Part shown: in pieces, positions 14,286-28,579 of the stretch
Numbering within the stretch: the stretch's first letter is position 1
Layout: each line of letters starts with the position of its first letter
Assembly: GCA_951406725.2 (NCBI GenBank)
Contig: OX597837.1
Coordinates: forward strand, 14,570,001-14,634,000
DNA: 64,000 bases
Direction of reading: 5' to 3'
From: Octopus vulgaris
Lineage: Eukaryota
Program-made: the position numbers and the translations under genes
Notes under the pieces: model-generated
Seen by the model: only the letters and a program-made list of their open reading frames with translations
Told to the model about the DNA's origin: nothing
The model's database searches: none

Positions 14286-14545
14286 TTTTATTATTATCTT
14301 TATTATCATCATTATTACTATCATTATTATTATTAATTTTTAGTATTATTATTATTATTATAATTATTATTATTAACATTAATATTACTATTAATTATTA
14401 ATTTAATTAATAGTAATGATAATAATTATTATTATTATTTATTATCATTATTATTATTATTATCATTGTTGTTGTTGTTGTTATTATTATTATTATTAGC
14501 GTTATTATTACTATCATCATCATCATCAATATCGTTATTATTATT

Positions 14546-14577
<32 letters not shown>

Positions 14578-14585
14578 TATTATTA

Positions 14586-14655
<70 letters not shown>
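14215..14655. repeat. Compound (ATT)n/(ATC)n microsatellite
   Basis: Direct reading. Confidence 0.95.
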
Positions 14656-15011
14656 GCTTTTCTAAGTAGGAGGAAAGAAACTGGAAGATAGCCTATTTCC
14701 CATGTCTTGGGGATGGTAGAGTAATCGAAGACTTTGTATGAGGTTTATCCCGAATTACCCTAAGTGGATTGCCCCACCCCAGCCCATTGGGGATTCAATT
14801 TATTTATTTGTTTATCTATTATTTAGTATTTATTTCTCTAATTTCTGTTTATATATTTTTCGTTGTGCCCTTTGCTGCTGTAGTGTCTCCCTTTATTCCA
14901 TGCAACCCCCTTCTTTTTATGTGTTGTATCTCGTCCTTTGATCTTGGGTTCCATGTGTTGGGCCCTTGTAACCAATAAAAGAAATCCTTATTGTTGTTGT
15001 TGTTGTCGTCG

Positions 15012-15054
<43 letters not shown>

Positions 15055-15070
15055 CGTTGTTGTTGTTGTA

Positions 15071-15525
15071 AAGGCGGTGAGTTGAGAGAATTCTTGTAAC
15101 GCCGTACAAAATGCTTAGCGGCGTTCAATCCGTCTTACCGCTCTAAACTCAAATTCCGCCGAGACTTAACTTTGCCTTTCGTTCTTTCGGAATCGATAAA
15201 ATAAATACCAGTTGAATACTGGGGTCCATGTAATCGATTCGCCCCTCTTCCAAAATTGCAGGCCATGTCCCTATAGCAGGAAGGATTGTTAGAGCGGCGA
15301 GCTGGGCAGAACCGTTAATACGCCGGATAAAACGCTCAGTGGTATTTTTGTCCGTCTTTACATTTCTGAGCTCAAATTCCACCAGGAACGGCTTTGGCTT
15401 TCATCCATTCAGGGTTGCTGAAATAACTACGAGTTGTGCAGTCGATGTAATCTACTTGCCCCCCCCCCCCCTCCACACCATCCCTAAAAATTTCAGGCAT
15501 AGTGCCGATGCTAGAAAAAACTATT
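15071..15525 (+). mobile_element. Two tandem SINE family D copies (15071-15286, 15291-15525)
   Basis: Each begins with a.gcgg.gag.tg and contains ctcaaattcc and the ctttc.t.c.ttc central domain. Confidence 0.85.
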
Positions 15526-15715
15526 AGTATTTCTTCTTCTTCTTCGTCTTCCTCTTTTTCTTCTTCTCCTTCTTCTCCTCCTTTTTCTTCTTCTTCTTCT
15601 TCTTCTTCTTCTTCTTCTTCTTCTTCTTCTTCTTCTTCTTCTTCTTCTATTCCTTTTCTTTTTCTTTTTTCTTTTCCTTTTTCTTTACATACATACATAC
15701 ATGCATACATATATA

Positions 15716-15879
15716 TGACGGGCTTCTTTCAGTTTCCGTCTACCAAATCCACTCACAAGGCCTTGGTCGTCCCGAGGCTATAGTAGAAGACACTTGCCCA
15801 AGGTGCCACGCAGTGGGACTGAACCCGGAACCATGTGGTTTGTAAGCAAGCTACTTACCACACAGCCACTCCTACGCCC
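15716..15879 (-). mobile_element. SINE family C head/core
   Basis: Closely collinear with 60107-60260; tRNA-like head and a CORE-like ccttgggcaagtg motif on the minus strand. Confidence 0.9.
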
Positions 15880-15926
15880 ATTATCATTATCATTATTATT
15901 TATCATTATTATTATCATTATTATTA

Positions 15927-15993
<67 letters not shown>

Positions 15994-16099
15994 AGTAGGT
16001 TGATATAAGTGCCCCTACGCTTGACTGAAATGCTCGCCTGTCTTTAGTTCTGTCTCTCAATTTGTCCTTCAAATCCCTGCTCAATGTCCAGTTGTGTGG

Positions 16100-16405
16100 A
16101 CATCATCATCATCATCCTCTGCCACCACCACCACCACCCTCATCGCCAACATCATCATTATATCATCATCTTTACCATCTTTATCATCATCATCATCATC
16201 ATCACTACCACTACTAACATCATCATTATCATTATCACCATCATCATCATCATCATCATCATCATCCTCTGCCACCACCACCACTACCATCATCATCAAC
16301 ATCATCATCATATCATCATCATCATCATTAACATCATCATCATCATCGTCGTCGTCGGTATCTTCATCGCCGTCACCTTCATCGTCGACCATTTTCCATC
16401 ACCCT
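16100..16405. repeat. (CAT)n/(CAC)n low-complexity tract
   Basis: Direct reading; internal duplication atcatcctctgccaccaccaccac. Confidence 0.9.
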
Positions 16406-16505
16406 CATACTAAATAAATTAAAAAAAAAGAAACTGGTGTTCATGTTTTTTTTCTTTTCTTTTGCTTTGTTTTTTGTTGTTGTTGTTGTTAATGTTTCGT
16501 TCCAG

Positions 16506-16553
16506 GTGTATAATTGAAGTGTATGAAACATTCAAATGAAAGGAAATAAAATG
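16506..16553 (+). other. Candidate 48-nt 5' exon ending in ATG
   Basis: Long T-rich tract, then tttcgttccag| acceptor; the exon ends aaaATG|gtaatt. Prediction only. Confidence 0.3.
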
Positions 16554-17935
16554 GTAATTTATATCGAATCAGGAACAAGCGAGAATTAGGTGCAGGGCAT
16601 AACTGCTGTTAGAAAGTACGATCCACTACCACGTGGTTCAGGGTTCGATCCTACAGCATAACACCATGAGTATATCTGCTAGAATATCCTCAGGGGGTCA
16701 ACGTAAGCGCTATGAATAAAATACGACTGTGTAGACTTACTCACGTGTATTTGCGGTGGTATTTACCCGGGGTGGGTTGAGCCAGCTCCGACCAGGCAAG
16801 TTCACCACGCCCTTCACAAACGCTAACCACATTCAACTGTAGGCACTAAGCTTGGAGGGGGTAGAGCAATGCTTTCTGTAGCTGCAATTCAAGCTCATAT
16901 ATTTCACAAGAGCAAGTGTACCGGATCGAACAGACGCTGTAGCCATAGTAGTCAGTCGTTGTTGAGGTGTAGAGGCCATGTTCGGAGTCATGTCCGGCAA
17001 GTTCACTATCATTAATTCACCGAACGAATGTTTTGACATAATTTTTCGACTTCAATTTTCTCTCGCATTTTTTTTTGTTTATTTTTTTTTCCAATTAAGT
17101 AGTTTTTAACTATTAATGGTGAGATATTATGGTTATATTTTCTCGGTAAATCTCTCTTGCCATGAACTATTTCGTACAGCAAAGTCGTCGAGATGTATAA
17201 GTCGATTTACCTTTTACTGGCTGTAAATTTTGGTCAGAAAACTTCGACTTGTATGCCGGAAAATAAGGCATTTTATAGCTATATTCATGAGAGACGAACG
17301 AATATAATACTTTTCTTGTTTCTTTTAATTATTATTTTTTTATCGTTTCACCTGAACTTATAATCACAGACTTTCATCATTTCTACAAGTCTCATTTACC
17401 TGTATTTGATTTGAAGCTCTCGTTGAAATACCTGCTTTAAATTTACAATTACAAAGCTACACCGATCTATAATTTTATTCCTATTTCATTAATAATGGCG
17501 GTTTATCAGGGCATCGCATTTAGAATTTATTGTCAGTTTTATTTAATGATTTTTTTAAACATTAACTCCACTTTTTGTTTGTTTGAAATATCCGATCATA
17601 TCGCATTTGTAGCTCTTATTAAAGGTGAGTACAACATAGATTTCATATTCATGGCTTTATTTACAACGAAGATTTCACAGCCTTTTTATTTAATTTCCTA
17701 CAATACAATAAACAAATAAATTATTCGCTTATTTAGTATATCTTTGCATCTTTTGAAACCTTATCGTTAGATATATTTGCCATATTACATAACTATTATA
17801 TGATAACCAAACATATTTTTTTTTCAGAATAATAGAAATAATAAAAATAAATTTAACCAATATTTTCTTTGTTTTCAATTTTTATTAGTTTATCAACAAC
17901 AAGAATATTTTAATTTCATACATACACACACACAT

Positions 17936-18015
<80 letters not shown>

Positions 18016-18034
18016 AATTCACACAGATAAAATA

Positions 18035-18215
18035 AGAAATACAGAATGTTGTCGATATTTACTTTATGTTACGTTCAGAGTTCAAATTCTGCCGTAGTCG
18101 ACTTTGCCTTTCATTTTTTCGGGGTCGATAAAATAAGTACCTGTCATGTACAGGGGTCGATGTAATCACTTACTCTCCCCGCGAAAGTGTTGGTCTTGTG
18201 CCAAAATTTTAAACC
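18035..18215 (+). mobile_element. 5'-decayed SINE family D
   Basis: gagttcaaattctgccgtagtcgactttgcctttcatt..ggggtcgataaaataagtacc. Confidence 0.85.
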
Positions 18216-18671
18216 ATTATTTGCTTAAAGTTAACCCACTGTTCTGTATTACGTGAAAATAGTATTAGTCTGTGCGAACGTTTTTGTTTCAATTTAGTGG
18301 ACCTCTAAAGTATACTAGAGACAACAACAGATAACTGGTCATTGATATATTTCTTAGGATTGTGGTTCTTTGGAGATTTACATATTTGATTAGTGACATT
18401 ACTTGGAGGGTGAGTATTTACTGAAAATCTCAGTTATATAATATGTTGAATTTGATGACTCTTATCAACTTAGTCCTACGAACTGACGAAAGTTCCTCCA
18501 TTTGAGGAATAAGGGAATTCCTCGCCCACGAGTAAGATTCTACCAAAATTCAGATCTGATATTACGCAGTTATTGCGCACATTCTCCTACCATGGCCCCG
18601 ACCCGACCAAGGCCTTGTGTGTGAATTTGTTGAAAGAGACTGTATAACTGTATAAACTATATAAAAGCAGG

Positions 18672-19035
18672 CCGCATAGGCATGGCTGTGTGGTAATAAG
18701 TTTCCTCTCCAACCACGGGGTTCCGAGTTCAGTCCCATTGTGTGGTACTTTGGGCAAGTGACTTCTACTATAACCTCGGACCGACTAAAACCTAGTGAGT
18801 GGATTTAGTGGACAGAAATTGAAAAGAACTCTGTTTTATATATATATATATATATATATACGTATGTGTGTGTCACCATGGTTTGACAACCGGTGTTGGT
18901 ATGTTTATGTCCCCGTAACTCAGTGGTTCAGTAAATAGAACCGGATAAATAAGTATTCTATCAGACCAGATTTTAAAAGAACTGGGTGTTTTGAGCGACG
19001 AAACTTCAATGCGGTGACCCACACCACGGGACCAT
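18672..19035 (+). mobile_element. SINE family C with internal (TA)n
   Basis: ggcatggctgtgtggtaa head; ctttgggcaagtg; internal microsatellite; tail ttgacaaccggtgttggt. Confidence 0.85.
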
Positions 19036-19835
19036 TTACTTTTTTATCCTTTTCTTTCGCTGGTTGCTTCTATGTCCACTAAATTCCACTTGCAAGGCAT
19101 TGGTCAACCGGAGGAATAGAAGAAAGAGAAAACGCTTGCTCGCGAAGGCCCGGGATGCCTCGCATTTTCCTCGAACCCGTAATTACATTGTTGTGGAGCG
19201 ACTTTCTGAACCACATATTTATGCCACCCTCTAAATATATCGCAAGAAATATAATGATTGTCTGTGATTTGCATCGAAGTCTAAAACATCCGATTTTATC
19301 GTCCAAGCCTTTCCATCAAGCCATCGCTGACGAAAAGTTTCTATTTGGCAAGGAATCTAAATTTGTTTGCTAACTCTGCTTGCCAAATTCGTACCGCGAT
19401 GCATAACGGTGCCCGACACGTCATATAGCGTCATAAATCTAATAAAGACAAACAGAGTAATTAAAGAGTTCCATTAGGTTTTTAACTGGAAAAATGGAGA
19501 ACAGAATTGTTGGCCACATCAATCATACAACTGAGTTTATTTCCAGACACACAGACACACACAAACACACAGAGGAAGAAAAAAAACGAAACATCTACAG
19601 ACTAATCATTTGGCAAGTGTAATCGTATAATTCTTAAAGTTAGCTATTAATACTCTGAGTCTGTGTGAAGAACCCGGTCCAATGAAACTACGAAAGATCT
19701 TCGTAGAAATATAAGAACCCAGAGAAATTAATTATATAAATCCAAAACCTTTGTGCGTGTATTTTTTAATCCTCATCAGCTTGGTCGGGCATTTTTAACC
19801 ATTACACGCCATCCATCTAGGTTCATATACGTTGA

Positions 19836-20806
19836 GGTGGGAAATGAAGATATTGGTACAAATAGATATTTGGTGGGAAATAAAGATATTGGTACAAATA
19901 AATATTTGGTGGGAAATAAAGATATTGATACAAATAAATATTTGGTGGGAAATAAAGATATTGGTACAAATAAATATTTGGTGGGAAATAAAGATATTGG
20001 TACAAATAAATATTTGGTGGGAAATAAAGATATTGGTACAAATAAATATTTGGTGGGAAATAAAGATATTGGTACAAATAAATATTTGGTGGGAAATAAA
20101 GATATTGGTACAAATAAATATTTGGTGGGAAATAAAGGTATTGGTACAAATAAATATTTGGTGGGAAATAAAGATATTGGTACAAATAAATATTTGGTGG
20201 GAAATAAAGATATTGGTACAAATAAATATTTGGTGGGAAATAAAGATATTGGTACAAATAAATATTTGGTGGGAAATGAAGATATTGGTAAAAATAAATA
20301 TTTGGTGGGAAATGAAGATATTGGTACAAATAAATATTTGGTGGGAAATAAAGATATTGGTACAAATAAATATTTGGTGGGAAATAAAGATATTGGTACA
20401 AATAAATATTTGGTGGGAAATAAAGATATTGGTACAAATAAATGTTTGGTGGGAAATAAAGATATTGGTACAAATAAATATTTGGTGGGAAATAAAGATA
20501 TTGGTACAAATAAATATTTAGTGGGAAATAAAGATATTAGTACAAATATATATTTGGTGGGAAATAAAGATATTGGTACAAATAAATATTTGGTGGGAAA
20601 TAAAGATATTGGTACAAATAAATATTTGGTGGGAAATAAAGATATTTGTACAAATAAATGTTTGGTGGGAAATAAAGATATTGGTACAAATAAATGTTTG
20701 GTGGGAAATAAAGATATTGGTACAAATAAATATTTGGTGGGAAATAAAGATATTGGTACAAATAAATATTTGGTGGGAAATAAAGATATTGGTACAAATA
20801 AATATT
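19836..20806. repeat. Homogeneous 36-bp minisatellite, ~27 copies (ggtgggaaataaagatattggtacaaataaatattt)
   Basis: 971 bp / 36 = ~27 head-to-tail units with only scattered substitutions and no spacers. Confidence 0.98.
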
Positions 20807-21157
20807 CTAAAGGAGTCTGTTTAATCTTTAGCAATCTACTTAAAGTACAAAACTATTTTTAACACACTCTTTGCTAATTAAGCAACTGCAAAAACTGGTT
20901 CTCAGTACTCAATACAGAGTACAGTGTAATAAACAGTTTTGCACAGTATTTCCGGTTTTCAAGAAATTCCGGATTTTTGGGAGCCGGATAAGCGATCCGG
21001 TACTGTATAAATAAACTGTCAACTTAAATATATTAACATGTGACATTCGGTTACAGTTACATCATATTATATGGTAAAAGTGGCTAAGAAATAGCGCTAT
21101 GATGGAAAATCGCTCTTCGGTACCGCATTTTTGCTTTTCAGAAAATTGATTTACTTA

Positions 21158-21186
21158 TGACGTCATTCATCTGTTGTCATGACAAC
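21158..21186. promoter_or_regulatory. CRE + palindromic RFX X-box module
   Basis: TGACGTCA 21158-21165; GTTGTCATGACAAC 21173-21186. Confidence 0.55.
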
Positions 21187-21297
21187 CGTGTTATCACAAT
21201 CTAATTTCGTTGTGAGTGTTTGCAGTAGTGAGCCGATTGTTGAAGCTGGCCGCTTCATTTAACCACTAATGGTATTTTCCTGCTCGCTACCCCCATG

Positions 21298-21360
<63 letters not shown>

Positions 21361-21557
21361 TCCTCTCTCTCTCTCTCTTTCTCTCTCTCTTTTCCTCTCT
21401 CTCCCTCTCTCTCTCTCATTCTCTCTCTTTCTCTCTCCCCCCTCTCTCTCTATCTATCTATCTATCTATCTATCTCATCTATCTATCTCTCCTTCTCTTT
21501 CTCTCTCTCTTTCTTTCTCTCCCTCTCTCTCTCTCATTCTCTCTCTTTCTGTCTCCT

Positions 21558-21591
<34 letters not shown>

Positions 21592-21598
21592 CTATCTG

Positions 21599-21637
<39 letters not shown>

Positions 21638-21804
21638 CTCTCCATCTCTTTCTCTCTCTCTTTCTTTCTCTATCTATCTCTCCTTCTCTATCCCTCTCTT
21701 TCTCTCTCTCCTTCTCTTTCTCTATCTCCTTTTCTTTCTCTCTCTCTCTCTCCCACTCTTTCTCTCACTATTTTCGCATCTCTATCTATCTATCTGTCTA
21801 TCTT

Positions 21805-21853
<49 letters not shown>

Positions 21854-21860
21854 CTATCTA
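21298..21860. repeat. (CT)n/(CTAT)n polypyrimidine microsatellite
   Basis: Direct reading. Confidence 0.95.
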
Positions 21861-21861
21861 T

Positions 21862-22342
21862 CTTTTATCTTTTACTTGTTTCAGTCACTGGACTGCGGCC
21901 ATGCTGGGGCACTGCCTTGAAGAGATTAATCGAACAAATCGTCCCCAGTGCTGTTCTTGGGCTTGTTTTACTCATTGGACTGCAGCCACCCAGGGGCAAC
22001 GTCTTGACAGGTTTTAGTCGAAATAAATCTACCCCCAATACTTATGCCATTTATTCATTTATTCTCTTTTTTTCTGTTAAGTCTAGTACTTATTCAGTCT
22101 CTTATACCGAGCCGATTTTACCCTAGGGACGTAAACAACGCAACACCGGTTGTCAAGCGGTCGTGACGGACAAGCACAATGACACACACACACACATACA
22201 CACACGCAGTTTCCATCTACCAAATTCATTCTCAAGGCTTTGGTCTACCTAGTAGAAGACACTCAAGATGTCTTTGACTTCGATTGAACCCGAAACCACA
22301 AGGTTGCAAAGGAAGCTTCTTTAACCACACAGCCATGCCTGC
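21862..22342 (-). mobile_element. SINE family C with duplicated tail piece
   Basis: cttttacttgtttcagtcactggactgcggccatgctgg...ttaaccacacagccatgcct. Confidence 0.85.
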
Positions 22343-22580
22343 CCTTCCCCACCCTTTCCCTTAAGTTTTCGATATTTTCGCCGCTGCAAAGACCCTTCTA
22401 CTGTATTTTACATCCTTGATGCCGTGTCTTCGGAAAATGCATAAGAAATAAGATCAGAGACTTTGCTGCTGTGACGCCGTTGCGGCATTGTACAAGAGCA
22501 ATCAATGTCTTTGCAAACATCACCACCAAAGAATTCACTCACTCACTCCGTCTCTCTCTCTCTCTCTCTTTCTCTCTCGC

Positions 22581-22653
<73 letters not shown>

Positions 22654-22854
22654 GTGTGTGTGTGTATGTATATCAACCTCTTTCTTTCACAAGCACACAC
22701 ACATTCTCTCTTTCTCCTCTCTCACTTTGTGTATATGTGTGTGTGTATGTTTATCTGTATATACATGGCATGTGTTGGTTCATATATATATATACATATA
22801 TATGTCCATACATACATACATAAATACATACATACACATACATACATACATACA

Positions 22855-22885
<31 letters not shown>

Positions 22886-23020
22886 TCATATATATATAGA
22901 TATATATAGATAGATATATATACACCCACCACCCCGGTTCAGAAATTTGGAACCATAGTTTCGTATTTATGAGTTCAAAACCCGAATCACTGGATCACTG
23001 GGCCATGTGCTCTCATGTTT

Positions 23021-23061
<41 letters not shown>

Positions 23062-23374
23062 CATGTATGTGCGTATGTGTGTATCGTAATGTAAGAGCAG
23101 TAAAGTACATCGAAAAGTGTGTTACATGTGACAAATGTTATAAATATGATCTGATATAGAACTCAGTACATACACTAGAGTAGATACATATGTTTATTAT
23201 ATTCAATGACCTCCAGTGTTGACAGTCATAATTCTCTTCTTTCAACGGCAATACTTTGGCTTTGTATTTTCAATAACACTTCATTCCATCTTCATTCCAT
23301 TTCTTTACGAGAACAAGAACAGGAAACCCTCTCAGAAATCCGAGCAAACCAATTCTATTATTCTTCTATTCTGT

Positions 23375-23972
<598 letters not shown>

Positions 23973-24514
23973 TGCGTCGTCTGTTAAGATCGGGTGCCTT
24001 CGTACTTTTTTCTCTTCACTGGTTCTATGTTGATGGATAACGAGTACGAAATTCTGTATTAAAAATACTCAGCTTCGCAGTACGAGGATGAAAACACATC
24101 CTCAGTGCATTCTGGGTAACTGAAAATTGTAGGCGGTCGTTGATGCGTGTCTTTGCGGTACCAGCAGAATTATCGATCGATCGCTGACCAGTGTTATCAC
24201 AGATCAATCCGTGATAAGCGCAATACGGTTCACAATTTAGCGCACCGCGTTATTCCAGATCAGTGATAAATGGAACCAATGATAAACAAGGCCACATGTA
24301 CCTAAATAATTGTGAGCTGATACAGACACATCCTTGGTCATCCCACAGCTGTAAAGAGTTGCACCGGCACTGGCGCATATTTTCGGCTGAGTAAACTGTA
24401 GCAATGTGAATGAAGTACCTTGCTCAAGGATACAAGCTGCCGCATGGCAAGTCGTAGCGAGCTGGCTAGGGAGGCGGGCAGGTTATAGTCTTTCTTTGTC
24501 TTCATATTTGGATT

Positions 24515-24554
<40 letters not shown>

Positions 24555-24573
24555 CATGCATATATACATACGT

Positions 24574-24990
24574 ACTCTTTTCAGATTTCAAGTTCAGGTT
24601 TATACCTGTAATTATTGGGGCCCTGGGGTATGTGACACACTGCCTAAATACCAATCTTGAGAAATTAGGCTTCTCAAAACCAGAAAGGAGAAAGCTAATT
24701 CGAAGACTACAGATCCAGTCAATCACTGGAACTGTAAAAATCTGTAAAACTTTCCAGAAGTTTATCATTTAAGTATATACATACATGTCTCGACACGCAA
24801 CTATATGCATGAGAAGATATGCATAAAATGAACCTGCACATGCACTGACTCCAGCTGCACATGTACAAACATATATGCAAAAATGCCTTGCTGGTGCTGA
24901 CATTCAAATGAAGGAGGCTTGGGTCTAGGCTAGAAACCGGCTCTTTCTCTACTGGAAAAAAACTTTAAAATAAAACTAAATAATGACATG
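24574..24990 (+). mobile_element. 3' end of R4/Dong-like non-LTR retrotransposon (restriction-like endonuclease C-terminus + 3' UTR)
   Basis: FSDFKFRFIPVIIGALGYVTHCLNTNLEKLG...LQIQSITGTVKICKTF; the P.IIGALG motif is typical of RLE-clade LINEs; CATA-like flanks. Confidence 0.8.
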
Positions 24991-25494
24991 CATAGATATG
25001 ACACTTAGGTATAACGATACTAATAACGGTAGGCGAGTTCCCCCAAAACATACACTTCATTGGAAAGCCTCCGAGGTAGCTATAAGCACTCAGGGCTCAG
25101 AGCATTGCTTCTAGTAGCAGAAACAGCTGCAAGTCAATGAATTTGATTACGTAATCTTTGTTCTACTGCCAATCCATTAAGAAAGAAAGAAAGATAGATG
25201 GATAGATAGATAGATAGAATGAATGATAGATAGATAGATTGATAGATACATACATACATACATTCATTCATTCATACATACATACATACATACATACATA
25301 CATACATACATACATACATACATACATACATACATACATACATAGAACAAATGACCGAATAAGCAAGACTCAGTGTATCTGGCGAACTCCAGAGTACGGC
25401 TGAACCGATTGCGACTAAATTTATGTGAAAGCGTGAGACAAAGTTGTATATATGTGTGCGAGTGCGCTCGCGTGTGTGTATGTCTGTGTGTTTG

Positions 25495-25532
<38 letters not shown>

Positions 25533-25725
25533 GTCTCACGAAACTACCGAACCTTGAGTCACTCTGTTGCTTCTGCTAAATATTAAGAAAACTAGATGTA
25601 TGTATGTATGTGTGTATATGTGTATGTGTAATATCGACGTATTCTTACGCTCACGCACACACACACACACACACACAACAAACACACACACACACACACA
25701 CACAACAAACGCACGCACACAACAA

Positions 25726-25757
<32 letters not shown>

Positions 25758-25868
25758 CAAACACACACACACACATGCAGCATTGAGTAGAATCGATAAC
25801 ATGAATGGCGAAAGAAGTCCGCACGGTTTTAACGGTACAGAAATACGTAGCATTAACCGTGAAGCTAC

Positions 25869-26117
25869 TGACGTCACGTGAATGTGCTGAAATCGTAAAT
25901 ACAATACTGCTGACGTCAGTCTGAAATCTGATTCTTAGTCCCTATAGCAACGTTTTACACGCACGCACTACACACGCACGCACACACACACACAAACACA
26001 CAGACACACACATTTTCAACACCCACAAATACATATGTACGCACCTATGTATGTATATCTATGTACATGTATATTTTTACGTATATGTAATGTATTTATA
26101 TGAACGTATATATAATG

Positions 26118-26186
<69 letters not shown>

Positions 26187-26306
26187 GTATTTATGTATTT
26201 ATGTATGTATGTGTGTGTGTGTGTTGGTGTATATGTGTTATGTGTGTGTATATATCTGTGTGTGTGTGTTACGTGGTGCACTGTACGCATTGGTGTGCTG
26301 ACGTCA
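25869..26306. promoter_or_regulatory. Triple-CRE + X-box cluster
   Basis: TGACGTCA at 25869, 25911 and 26299; GTCCCTATAGCAAC at 25938-25951. Confidence 0.6.
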
Positions 26307-26434
26307 TACTGGCCGTGTGTACATATTGATTTTGTCATTATGCTGATGTAGTTGAGAAAATTTCAGCAGTCTCCCAGTGTGCGTTTATGTATGCAAGTGT
26401 GTGTGTGCGTGAGTACGTACATGCGTCCATGTAC

Positions 26435-26489
<55 letters not shown>

Positions 26490-26569
26490 TGTGTGTGTAA
26501 GAGAGGGAAAGTGAGAGATAGAGATAGAGTGTGTGTATATGAATGCATGTGTGTATTTTCGTATAAGCA

Positions 26570-26850
26570 TTTCTGCTGGCTCGACTCGGCTCGGCTCGGC
26601 TCGGCTCGGCTCGGCTTGGCTTTCACTCACAACTCCAACAACAATCACAACCACGACCACCACCACGGCGGCGGCGGCAGCGGGTATGTGCACTCGATGA
26701 GACGGCGGTGTTTTACTGTCTGCACTCTGGCATTGATCCCCACTGAAGCTACTCGGCAGATCTGAGCTGGCGACGGGTGGGCGGCGGGTGGCGGGTGGCG
26801 GGTGGCAGCATACCACCGCTGCACAGAAATACAACTGGCAACAGGTGGCA
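26570..26850. other. GC-rich island with (GGCTC)n and (GGCGGGT)n; candidate promoter or first exon
   Basis: Local CpG richness just downstream of the CRE cluster; no convincing ORF. Confidence 0.35.
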
Positions 26851-27031
26851 AATTATAACGATGATGATAAACGCATCTTTTGCATCTCACTGACTGTTTA
26901 TTTACCTTTCTCCCTGCATCCATTGCCCCTTCTCTTTCCCTCTCACTTTCTCTCTCTCTCTCCCTCTCTCTCTCTCTGTCTCTCTCTCTTTATATATACA
27001 TACATACACATACACAAATATATATATATAC

Positions 27032-27077
<46 letters not shown>

Positions 27078-27127
27078 GCCTCTATATAGAGACTACATAT
27101 ATATCGCTGCCTCTCGTGAACTCTCAC

Positions 27128-27190
<63 letters not shown>

Positions 27191-27242
27191 TATATGTATA
27201 TATCTCACTGCATCACTGTATCGACCTGGCTACATATAATGC

Positions 27243-27291
<49 letters not shown>

Positions 27292-27314
27292 GTATATATA
27301 TATATATGTCATGC

Positions 27315-27353
<39 letters not shown>

Positions 27354-27439
27354 GGTCCTTTCTTTTTTGAGCACTTTTCTTTCTTTCTCTGTCACTCTCT
27401 CTCTCTCCCTCTCTCTCTCTTCCTCTCTATAGCTTCCCG

Positions 27440-27446
27440 TCAACAC

Positions 27447-27477
<31 letters not shown>

Positions 27478-28310
27478 CTCGTGTCCTAGCCACCGCCGCC
27501 CCACAATTCATCATTGCTGCCCATAACTGCAACGCCCACGCAATTCGCAGCAAAACCTCTTAATAACCGATGCAAACACAACGTTTACTGCCGCCGCCGC
27601 CTCCACCACCACCACCACCACAACTACCAACACCACCTCGACCTCCACCATCATCGCCATCTCCACCCCCACCACCACCTCCTCAACGACACTGCTACCA
27701 CTAGAGAGACACCACCCCCACCATCGCCTCTACCGTGGTCACCACGACCACCACTACTACTGCCAATACCACTTCAACTGCAATCAGCTCACCACCATCA
27801 CCACCACCACCACCACCACAACAACAACAACAACAACAACAGCAACAATACTATTAGCAGTACCACTACAAGTACTAGCAAAGCCTCCCCCACCACCTTA
27901 TCCCTACCACCATCATCGTCGTCGTCGTCATCATCCTGGTCATTGACCTCTTCATCGTCATCGTCATCATCATAATCACCATTGTCGTCTTACTCGCCGC
28001 CGCCATCGTCGACATTATACATCGACATTTTCATCGGCATCATCATCGTCATCATCGTCATCATCATCGTCATCATCATCGTCATCATCATCATCGTCAT
28101 CATCATCATCGACATCATCATCGTCATCATCATCATCGTCATCATCATCATCGACATCATCATCATCGTCGTCGTCGTCGTCATCGTCGCCGCCGCCGTC
28201 ATCGTCGCCGTCATCAGTACGAGGCTTTCCTCCAAAACCCAGTTTCCTCAATAACCCACCAACGCTTTTGCTCTCACTCACTGCTACTGCCGCGCCTCCT
28301 GCTTCTGTAT

Positions 28311-28371
<61 letters not shown>

Positions 28372-28500
28372 ACTACTACTACTACTATTATTACAACTAC
28401 TACAGCTACTGCTTCTAGTAGTAGTAGTAGTAGTATTGGTGGTGGTGGTGGTGATCGTCGTGGTAACAACAACAACAATAACAATTATAACAGCAGCAAA
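27440..28500. repeat. Trinucleotide low-complexity block (CAC/CAT/CGT/CTA/GTA)
   Basis: Direct reading. Confidence 0.9.
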
Positions 28501-28579
28501 AATCCCAGGACTTTTCTGGGTTTTTTTCTTTATTTAGTTCTTTTTTCTTTTTTCGAAAGGCGGATGTGGATGCATTCGA

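Noticed and set aside
19836-20806. CRISPR array or repeat-protein gene (369-aa and 352-aa ORFs)
   Set aside because: The 36-bp units are contiguous with no spacers and no cas genes; open frames on both strands follow from a stop-free unit whose length is a multiple of 3.
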